Source: the human T2T-CHM13v2.0 reference genome, Homo sapiens
Assembly: GCF_009914755.1 (NCBI RefSeq)
Contig: NC_060936.1
DNA length: 64,000 bases
Reading direction: 5' to 3' (one strand)
Shown here: positions 53,760 through 64,000 of the stretch, in pieces
How the letters are laid out: every line of letters starts with the position of its first letter
Position numbering within the stretch: position 1 is the first letter of the stretch
Translations under genes and position numbers: made by a program
Notes under the pieces: model-generated
Seen by the model: the letters and a program-made list of their open reading frames with translations, nothing else
The model's database searches: none
What the model was told of the DNA's origin: nothing

Positions 53760-56700
53760 GACATCTGGTCCCCAGTTCTGCAACTAAAGAGTTTAGAGGT
53801 TGCCACTTTATCCTAACAAGAAGAAAAAAAGCTGAACAGACTGAAAAATCAAAAACTATTATTGAATATGTAAAAGTGGGGAGAACACAGGGCAAAGCAC
53901 TGCCCCCAAGATTGGAGAGACTGACAATTGAACACTAGGAGTCACTGCTTACTGACACAGAGTGACAGGGCTTGAGGGAACCAGTGAGGGGTAGGAAAAC
54001 CTTAACTGTAATTGATGAATTGCTGGAGAATCAGTGCAGAGAAGTCTAAGAGCTACAAACTCCAGGGTGATCCAGTCATGGGCATACCCCGCAATATTAT
54101 GAGATTTACAACTAGGAGTTCAACCAGGTTCCCACACTAAACATAAAAGAAAAATCCCCTCTTCCTTCTAGCATAGGAAGGAGAAAAAGTAACATTTTGA
54201 TACATTCCAGAGCACTCTGCTCTTTTAAACAAGGCATGCCCTCAGGAGAAACTAGTTAACTAGAGCCTAACTGACCTGAAGGGAAGGAATATACCTAACT
54301 CCAGTCCACTCTAATTATACCACCCCGCCATCCCCGCACCTAATAAGTTGGGGGGAACCTAAACTAAACTAAACTTAAAGTTTACCGGAGCAGAGGCACA
54401 GACTCACTAAAAGACTGAGACCTAATCATAGGACTATGAAATGCTTCTCCTCTCCGAATACCTTACCACCATTTTACTATAGGCCCATTCATAGTAGTTT
54501 CTTTTACCTGGTCCATTACATATGGCTATGAAGAAAAAATTCAAGACATAATAAAAGGTAACAAGCACTTTGAAGAGACAGAACAAGCATGATAAATAGA
54601 CATGGCAAGGATGTTGAAATTATCAGGCCAGGGAATTTAAAACAAGTATGATTAATATGCTAAGGGCTCTAACGGATAGACAGTATGCAAATGAGGAACT
54701 AAACAGAATTTGAATTTGAAATTCTAAAAAAGACCAAAAAGAAATGCTAGAAATTAAAAAAGAAAAACAAATGAAGAATGTCTTTGAGGGACTTATTAAT
54801 GTACTGTACACAGTTGTAGAAACAATATCTGAGCTTGAGGATATATCAGTAGAAACTTTGAAAACTGTCAAAAAAAATTACACAAATTAAATTTAGCAGA
54901 AGTTAATTGAGCAAAGAACAATTAGGTCACCCTTAGAATTAGAAGAGGTTCAAAGAGCTCAGCTTCCAAATGTGGGCAGGCAGCATTTATGGATGGCAAC
55001 TGAGGTGAGATAGAGAAAGAGGTAGACTGGTTACAGCTTGGCATTTACCTTATTTAAACATGGTGTGATCACTTAGCCATCTGTGATTGACTAAAGCTCA
55101 ATTCATGTGATGGGTGGGACTCGGCTATTTGCTACAAAAGTATACTCATAACTTAATATAAAAACTGATTAAAAACCTAAGTTAGGATGCAATTTCTTAT
55201 ATAAGAACTCAAAGCATGGATGCATCATCAGGCCAAATTTAATTTAACAAAGGAAAAAGCACAAAGACTGAAAGAAAAAAAGGAACAGAATATCCAAGGA
55301 CTGAGGAACAGCTACAAGAAATATAACATACACACAATAGGGATACCAGAATGTAATTTAAAAAAAGTAACAGAAGAAATATTTGAAGCAATAATGACTG
55401 ATAATCCCCTCAAATTAATGTCAGATATAAAACCACAGATTCAGGAATCTCAGAAAACACCTAACAAAATAGCCAAACAAAGGAACGAAAAGCTACTAAG
55501 CATATTGTCTTCATAGCATAGAAAATAAGATTTTAAAAAATTCTGAGAAAAGCCGGAGGACAACACACTATGGAGAAACAAAGATAAGAATTACATTCAA
55601 CTTCTAACAAACCATGCAATCAAGAAGTGAAGTGAAATATGTAAAATATTGGAAGAAAAATAATGTTACCAATCTAGAATTCTGGATTCTATGTAATTTG
55701 TCTTCAAAAGCAAAGGAGAGAGATACTTTCTTAGACAAACAAAAATTTAGAAAATTAGTTGTAGGCTTGCCTTGTAGGAATACTAAAAGGAGTTACTTAG
55801 AAAGAAGGGAAATTATATGGGTCAGAAACTTGGATATATAAAAAGAAGAAAGGAGATAACAAAAATAAGTGAAAGTAATATAGAAACTTTTAATTTTCTT
55901 ATTCTTAATTGATTTAACCATTTATTCAAAATAACAGAAACAAGGTTGATTATGTATGCTTATGTATATTTTATACACACAACGTTTACACATGCTTATC
56001 TATAAGTGAAATGAATAACAGCAATAATACAAAGGGTGGGAGGGAGGAACTAGGATTATTTTGTTATTAAAAGATATTCACACTACTTGTGAAGTGATAT
56101 AGTGTTATTTGAAAGTAGACTTGGGCTGGTTGTAAATATGTATGGCATACTCCAGGGTAACCACTGAGAAAAGGTATAATAGAAGCATAACTATTATGGT
56201 AGAAAGTCAAGAAAATGGAATCATATAAAATGCACAATTAGAACCACAGAAGGCAGAAAAAGAGAGAAAGACAAAAACAAGACAAAGAACAAGGGCAACA
56301 AATACAAAACAGTAAAGAATTATGGCAGATATTAATTCAACTGTATCAATAATATACATCTGGGCGATAAAACACACACTAATAAATCTAAAAGAATAGA
56401 TATCATACAGTGTCTGTTTGCAGACCACAATAGAATTAAACTAGAAATCAATAACAAGCATTACCAGAAGATTTCAAAATACATGGGAGATTAAACAACA
56501 TATTTCTAGATAATACATAAGTTAAATAACATCAAGAGAAATTTTAAAGTATTTTAAATTTAATAAAAATGAAAACACAACTTATCAAAATTTGTGGGAT
56601 ACAGCAAAAACTGTTTAGAGAAAAATTTTAAACATTGAATACATATATTGGAAAATAACAATCTAAAATCAGTAAACTAAGTTGCCACCTTTGAAAAAAA

Positions 56701-58442
56701 AGAAAATTAAATTCAAAGAAAAATCATAAGAATTGAATAAACCAATGAAATTAAAATCAGGAAATCAATAGATCAACAAATCTAAAAGCTGGTTCTTCGA
56801 AAAGAAGTATCAGTAAATTTGATAAGCCTCAAACTCATCTAACTGAGAAAACAAGAAAGGATACAAATGACTAATATCAGAAATAAAGGAGGGAGCATTA
56901 ATACAAATTCTAGGAATGTTAAAATGATAATCAATGAATACTATAATCAACCCTATGTCCACAATTTGATAACTGCAATGAACCAATCCTTTGAAAGACA
57001 CAATTTGTCAAAACTCACATAAGAAATAGACCATCTGAGGGGGCCTAAACCTTTTAAAGAATTGAATTAATAATGTTAACCTTCCAAAACAGAAAGCAGG
57101 GACCCAGATGGGTTCACTAGTGAATTCTACTAAACATTTAAAGGAAAAACTAATAAATGAGATATTCCATGTTTATGGATCAGAAGACAATATTGTCAAG
57201 GTGACAGTTCTTTCCAACTGGATATTTAGATTAAATACAACTCCAATCAAAATCCCAGCAAATTATTTCACAGAAATTGACAAAATTGATCCTAAAGTTT
57301 ATATAGATGCAAAAGACTCAGAGCAATCAATACAATATTGAAATAGAACAAAGTTGAAAAACTGACACTACCTGACTTTCATACTTACTATGTACATATA
57401 GTAAGAGAATGTAGTATTACCAAAATGATAAACAAGTCAATAGAACAGAATATATAGTCCAGAAATAAATCCATATAAATACAGTCCACCGATCTTTGAT
57501 AAAGGAGGGAAGACAACACATGCAGCAAAGACATTCTTTTTAACAAATGATACTCGAACAACTAGACATTCACATGCAAAGAAAACAGATCTAGACACAG
57601 ACCTTACATTCATTACAAAAAATTAACTCAAAATGGACTGTAAACCAAAATGTAAAAGTCCTAGCGATAGCGTAGGAAAAACATCTAGATAAACTTGGAT
57701 ATCAATATGACTTTTTTCAGATACAACACTAAGGGCAAGATACATGAAATAAAGAATTGATAAACTTGAATTCATTAAAATTAAGAAAAAAGTCTGCTCT
57801 GTAAAAGACAATGTCAGGAGAATGAAAAGAAAAGCTAAAGACTGGGAGAAAATATTTGCAAAAGACACATTTGATAATGAAGTTATCCAAAAAAATAAAA
57901 AAGAAAACTCTTGAAATATAATAAGAATACGAACCCAATTAAAAAGTGAGTACAGGACCTAAAGAGATGCCTTATTAGTGAAGACATATAGATGTAAAAG
58001 CACATAAGAAGATGCCCAACATCATGCCATTAGAGAATGGCAAATTATAACAGTTAGATGCCACTACACATCTATTAGAATGGCCACAATCCAGAACCTA
58101 CCTTAAACAACAAATGCTTGTGAGGATGTGGAGCAACAGGAATTCTCATTCATTACTGATGGGAATGCAAATTGGTATAGTCACTTTGGAAGACAGTCCA
58201 GTGGCTTCTTACAAGACTAAACACACTTTTACCATAAAATACAGTAATCCCACTTCATGGCATTTATACAAAGGAGTTAAAAATTTATGTCCACAACAAT
58301 ACCTGCACATGAATATTTATGGAAGCTTTTTAAATAACTGCTAAAACTGGGAAATAACCAAGAGGTTCTTCAGTACGTGAACGGATAGTCTGTGGTACCA
58401 TTCAGACAATGGATTATTATTTAGCATTAAAAATAAATGAGG
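53760..58442 (+). mobile_element. Old L1M (MB/MC/MD-like), internally deleted and degenerate
   Basis: ORF1 remnants (EEIFEAIMTDN...KPQIQE) and ORF2 remnants (PIKIPANYFTEIDK). Confidence 0.8.
54866..55249 (-). mobile_element. ERV1 solo LTR (MER72/MER57-like) inside L1M
   Basis: TG...CA ends; minus strand starts 'tgttaaattaaatttggcct'; L1 ORF1 resumes afterwards. Confidence 0.65.
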
Positions 58443-58446
58443 TAAT

Positions 58447-58867
58447 CAGGAAAATTGGTGGATATGAGAGAGGACTAACGTGCAGCTCCCACTTGCACAG
58501 ACAGAACAGTGTGTAGAGACTCACACCATGAACATTTGCTCCAACAACCAACACAGGAACATACTGAATGTAAGATCTGTGTCTAGATCTGTTTTCTTTG
58601 CATATGAATGTCTAGTTGTTCCAGTACCATTTGTTAAAAAGACTGTCAGACCAAAATAGTTCAGAAACCCTGTGGAAGCAGCAGCTTGCTGCTGCAAACT
58701 CCATGAGACAGCCAAAAAAACCGAGTTCCCCAAGTGTGAGAGGGAAAACTCTGCCTCTGAACCCACATTCCCACTGGTGAACCTGAAAATCCAGATCATG
58801 GGAGAAGGATTTAATCTTAGAGTTGAAATAAATGTAGGAAGCCAAGCAGAATATTAAAGTAGAAGCA
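58447..58867 (+). mobile_element. 5'UTR fragment of an older primate L1 (L1PA15/16- or L1PB-like)
   Basis: 'ggactaacgtgcagctcccacttgcacagacagaacagtgtgtagagactcacaccatgaac'. Confidence 0.7.
58565..58647 (-). repeat. 83-bp inverted copy of 57530-57612
   Basis: Manual alignment gives 78/83 identity. Confidence 0.9.
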
Positions 58868-60186
58868 TGATATTGTTTGTCCCCATTCAAATATCTTGAA
58901 TTCCTGTGCATTGCAGGAAGGACCTGGTGGGAAATAATTGAATCACGGGGGCAGGCCTTTCCCATGCTGTTCTCATAATAGTGAATAAGTCTTATGAGGT
59001 CTGATAGTTTAAAAAATAGGAGTTTCCCAACACAAGCTCTCTTGTCTGCCACCATGTGAGATGTGCCTTTCACCTTCCACCATGACTGTGGGTCCTCCAC
59101 AGCCATGTGGAACTGTGAGTCCAGTAAACCTCTTTTATTTGTAAACTGTGAGTCCAGTAAACCTCTTTTATTTGACATGCCCAGTATTGGGTATGTCTTT
59201 ATCAGCAGCATGAAAATGGACTAATACAGTAAACTGGTACCAGTAGAGTGGGGTGCTGCTGAAAAGATACTGAAAAATGTGGAAGTGACTTTGGAACTGC
59301 ATAACAGTTAGAGGTTGGAAGAGTTTGGAGGGCTCAGGAGAAGACAGGAAAATGTGGGACAGTTTAGAACTCCCTAGAGACTTGTTGAATGGCTTTGACC
59401 AAAGTGCTGATAATGATATGGACAATGAAATCCAGGCTGAGGTGGTCTCAGATGGAGATAAGAAACTCACTGGGAACTGGAGCAAATGTTGCTCCTGTTA
59501 TGTTTTAGCAAAGAGACTGGTGGCATTTTGCCCCTGCCCTAGAGATTTGTGGAACTTTGAACTTGAGAAAGATGACTTAGAGTATCTGGCGGAATAAATT
59601 TCTAATCAGCAAAGTATTCAAAATGTGACATGGGTGCTGTTAAAGGCATTCAGTTTTATAAGGGAAGCAGAGCATAAAAGTTCTGAAAATTTGCAGCCTG
59701 ACAATGTGATAGAAAATCTTGCATTTCTGCTCATGTACCCCCTGCATATTCTGCACATGTAACAAACCTGCATTATCTGCACATGTACCCCACAAGTTAA
59801 CGTATAATTTAAAACAATCCCATTTTCTAGAAAAATTTCAAGCTGACTGCAGAAATTTCAATAAGTAATGAGGAACCAAATATTAATCCCCAAGACAACA
59901 GGGAAAATGTTTCCAGGGCCTATCAGAGATTTCCCAGCAGCCTTTTCCATTGCAGGCCTGGAGGCCTAGGATGAAAAAGTGGTTTTATGGGCCAGGCTAG
60001 GGTCCCCACACTGTATACGGCCTAGGGACTTGGTGCTTTATGTCCTAGCTGCTCCAGAAATACCTGAAAGGTGCCAACACAGAGCTCAGGCCATGGTTTC
60101 GGAGGGTGCAAGCCTCAAGCCTTGGCAGCTTCCACGTGGCGTTGAACCTACCTGTGCACAGAAGTCAAGAATTTGGGTTTGGGAAC
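58868..60186 (+). mobile_element. THE1 (A/B-like) 5' LTR (58868-59228) plus internal region
   Basis: 'tgatattg...taattgaatca...tctttatcagcagcatgaaaatggactaataca', then 'gtaaactggtaccagtagagtgggg'; perfect 31-bp repeat at 59111-59141 and 59144-59174. Confidence 0.92.
59720..59815 (+). mobile_element. Micro L1PA 3'-tip insertion with triplicated terminus
   Basis: Three copies of '(c)tgca...tctgc(a/t)catgta', then 'gtataatttaaaa', interrupting THE1-int. Confidence 0.7.
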
Positions 60187-60737
60187 TGTGATGGTTAATA
60201 CTGGGTGTTAACTTGATTGGATTGAAACATGCAAAGTATTGATCCTGGGAGTGTTTCCAAAGGAGATTAACATTTCAGTCAGTGGGCTGGGAAAGGCAGA
60301 CCCACCCTTAATCTGAGTGGGCACCACATGATTAGTTGCCAGTGTGGTCAAAATATAAAGCAGGCAGAAAAATGTGAAAAGACTAGAGTAGCACAACCTC
60401 CCAGCCTACATTTTCTCCCATGCTGGGTGCTTCCTGCCCTCAAACATCAGACTCCAAGTTCTTTAGCTTTAGGACTCAGACTGACTGTCCTTGCTTCTCA
60501 GTTTGCCAATGGCCTATTCTGAGGACTCCCTGTGATAGTGTGAGTTAATAAACTCCCATCTCTCTCTCTCTCTCTCTACACCTCTCTCTCTACACCTCTC
60601 TCTACCTCTCTTCTCTCTCTACACCTCTCTCTGTCTCTACCTCTATCTCTATCTACCTCTACCTGTATTTCTGTCTATCTCTATCTGTCTCTATCTATGT
60701 ATCCTATTCATTCTGTTCCTTTAGAGAACCTCATACA
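60187..60737 (+). mobile_element. MLT2A (HERV-L) 5' LTR with internal CT-rich repeat at ~60559-60700
   Basis: 'tgtgatggttaatactg...acttgattggattgaa...aaggcagacccacccttaatctg...agagaacc..ataca'. Confidence 0.92.
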
Positions 60738-63700
60738 GATTTTGGTTAACAGGAGTGGTTCTAGAGGAATAGAATATTAAGGATGGAGTTCTTGTGTTGG
60801 TTTTGGAGTTTCTGGGGTTGGCTGCTCAATATGATTAGACCCCAAAATGCTAAAGGACTCTATTTCTAATACTATGGAGAACACTGAGAATCCTTGGTGT
60901 GAACTGTTTAGAGAAATATGCGCAATAAATGTATTTGACACTTCTGATTCACTGCTCATGAGAGGCAAGGAATTTAGTGACTCTATAAATAATACCTTTG
61001 ACCATATGTGAAGAACCAAGGAACATAATAAAGTTGTTTGGTTGCTCCTAAGTTCAGTAGACAAAGTAATGAAAGAAAGTGATGAACTCAAGGATTCTAA
61101 TGTCCAGCTTCAGAAGCATATACTGACTCTCAAATCTACTAGGATTGCCCGAATGAGAGTCTTATCTCCTGTAGAGAAAGAGCAGAAATTGTGGGAAAAC
61201 AGACACAAACTCTTATCATGCAAGTGGCTGACCTGCAATGGAAGGTGCATGCACAGCCTCTCCAGGTGTCTACTGTTAAAGTGAAGGCATCGATTGGAAA
61301 GGAATGAGACCCTTCAACTTGGAATGGGGATGTGTGGGAGGACCCTGATGAAGCTGGGTCACTGAGTTTGTAAACTCTGATGAATCTTTTTTAGCCAGAA
61401 GAAACAACTTCTCCATCCCCAGTAGTGGCAACATCCCCTCCCTGACCCATGCTGCCATCAGCCTTTCCACCTTCGTCTGAGGAGATAAACCCTGCACTTC
61501 CTGTGGCAAAAGTGATGGCCTTTCATTGATTCTCCCTAGGAGCCATGCCCAAAATCCCTGTTTGCTTCTAGACTTGCAAGTCCCAGTGGGCCCCTAGACC
61601 TGATGTTGAGAGTGTGAACCATGAGGTGGTATGCTACACTTGAAAAGAACTGCTTGTTTTTTCTACTTTATACAAACAAATCTGGACAACATGCATGTGA
61701 ATGGATATTAAAAGTGTGGGATAATGGTGGAAGGAACGAGTGAATCAGGCTGAATCTATTAATTTGGGCCCACTAAGTAGGGTCTCTAGATTTAATGTTG
61801 CAGCTCAGGGAGTTAAAAAAAGGTTCTAATAGTTTATTTGCTTGGTTAGCTGAAATATGGATTAAAAGATGGCCCACTGTGAGTGAGCTGGAAATGCCTG
61901 ATCTCCCTTGGCTTAATGTAGAGGAAGGGATCCAAAGGCTTAGGGGCTTAGGGAGATTGGGATGGTGGAGTGGATTAGTCACTTTAGACCTACTCTTACC
62001 AGCTGGGAGGGTACAGAAGATATACCCTTGACCAATGCCTTGGGAAATAGATTTGTGAGGCAGCACCTACATCTTTGAAGAGCCCTGTAATTGCTCTTCC
62101 TTGTAGGTTAAATCTAACAATGGGAAATGCAGTCCTCAACTACAAAATTTAAATACAATGGGAATAATTGGATCCCAAGGTGGCATGGGATGAAAGGCAA
62201 GGGGGGCATAGCTACCTTAATGAACAGCAAAGGCAAACTGCAAACAGAATAGCCTGACTCGTGTAGAGCTCTAACATTGGCTAATTAATCACGGTGTTCC
62301 CAGAAGTGAAATTGATAGGAAGCCTACTGCATTCCTACTTAATTTATATAAGCAGAAAACTTCCAGGTCGAGTGGACAAAAAGACTAATTTGAGTTATAA
62401 AAACAGAATCACAGCCCCTCAATCAATTTCCAGACTTGAGCCAGTTTACAGACCCAGAACCTCTTGAATGAAGGGGAGGCCATGTCCCTTGAGGAAAGAC
62501 TCCCTACACTGCTCACAATTTATGCTGTTAATCTTTCTCCCATCCTTCCCCAAGGAGACCTCTGGCCTTTTCCCAGGGTGACCTTGCATTGGAGAAAGGG
62601 AAATGATCAGGTATTTTGGTGACTACTGGATGCTGGCTCTAAGATGACGTTGATTTCAAGGGACCCAAAACGTCATTGTGGTCCTCCAGTTAAAGTAGTG
62701 GCTTCTGGAGGTCAGGTAATTAATAGAGTTTTAGCTCACGTCTGACTGACAGTGTGTCTAGTGGGTCCCCAGACTCATCCTGTGGTCATTTCTACAGTGT
62801 CAGAATACATAACTGGCAGACATACTTAGCAGCTGGCAGAACCCTCACATTGGCTCCCTGACTGGTAGGGTGAGGATTATTAAGTTGGGAAAGGGAAAAT
62901 GCAAGCCATTAGAACTGCTTTTACCTAGAAAAATAGTAAATCAAAACCAATATTGCATCCCTGGAGGGATTGTGGAGATTAGTGCCACCATCAAGGACTT
63001 GAAAGACGCGGGGGTGGTGATTCCCACAACATCCCAGTTCAACTCTTTCATTTGGCCTGTGCAGAAGACAGATTGATTTTAGAGAATGACAGTGAATTAT
63101 CATAAGCTTAACTAAGTGGTAACTCCAATTTCAGCTGCTGTACCAAAGGGGTTTTATTGCTTGAGCAAATTAACACATCTCCTGATATGTGGTATGCAGT
63201 CATTGATTTGGCAAATGCCTGTTTTCACCATTCCTGTCCGTAAGACCCACGAGAAGCAATGTGCCATCAGCTGGCAAGACCAGAAATATACCTTTACTGT
63301 CCTACATCAAGGGCATATCAACTCTCTGCCTTTGTGTGATAATCTTATTCAGAGAGATCTTGATCACTTTTTGCTTCCACAAGATATCACACTAGTCCAT
63401 TACATTGATGACATTATGCTGATTGGATCCAGTGGGCAAGAACTAGCAAACACATTGGACTTATGGTTGGGCATTTGCATGGCAGAGCATGAGAAATAAA
63501 TCCAACTAAAATTCAAGGATCTTCTACCTCAGTAAAATTTTTAGTGGTCAAGTGGTGTGGGGTCTGTAGAGATATTCCTTCTAAGATGAAGGATAAGTTG
63601 CTGCATTTGGCCTCTCCTACAACCAAGAAAGGGGCACAATGCCTAGTGGGCCTATTTGGATTTTGGAGGCAACATATCCATTTATTGAGTGACCATTTAT

Positions 63701-64000
63701 TGAGTTACCTGAAAGGCTGCCAGTTTTGAGGAGGTCCAGAAGAGGAGAAGGCTCTGCAACAAGACAAGGCTGCTTTGCAAGCTGCCCTGCCACTTGGGCC
63801 ATATGACCCAGCAGATACAATGGTGCTGGAGGTTTCAGTGGCAGACAGGGATGCTGTTTGGAAGACCCTCATAAGTGAATAACAGTGGAGGCCTCTAGGA
63901 TTATGAAGCAAGGCCCTGCCATCTTCTGCAGATAACTACTCTCCTTTTGAGAGACGCATGCTGGCCTGTTACCAGACTTTGGTGGAAACTGAACATTTGA
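60738..64000 (+). pseudogene. HERV-L internal region: disrupted gag, protease and RT; runs off the window end
   Basis: 'gattttgg...caggagtggttctagagg' leader; protease-like LLDAGS at ~62623; RT 'ITLVHYIDDIMLIG' (YIDD at 63401-63412); many stops and frameshifts. Confidence 0.92.

Noticed and set aside
59095-59107. THE1 PRDM9 hotspot motif position
   Set aside because: Reads CCTCCACAGCCAT, which mismatches CCNCCNTNNCCNC at two fixed positions

Overview
Human genomic DNA, AT-rich and with no host gene I can support. The species call rests on a human-specific L1HS pre-Ta diagnostic. Positions 1-12.6 kb and 17.4-22 kb are mostly unique sequence with eroded MIR, L2, MLT1 and MER5 fragments and two AluS. 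Almost everything from 22 kb to 64 kb is nested retroelements: L1PA7/8-like x2, L1MA x2, an older L1M, an LTR12C solo LTR, AluY x2, a split AluJ, MSTA, THE1 and MLT2A/HERV-L. The best candidate for something new is a young L1HS (pre-Ta) at 12656-17373 with a 5' inversion made by twin priming. The inversion removes the sense-promoter start and the RT domain but leaves three open frames. It points the L1 antisense promoter and a frameshifted ORF0 straight at a Kozak-strong ATG opening a 461-aa ORF2p C-terminal frame that ends in the L1 polyA. Other notable points are a probable gene-conversion tract between the two L1PA7/8-like copies, a locally templated 83-bp inverted insertion, and an AluJ split by a 7-kb L1M/MSTA block. 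Subfamily names come from recalled consensus sequences, not a database search. Boundaries of old repeats are approximate. All functional claims are inference.
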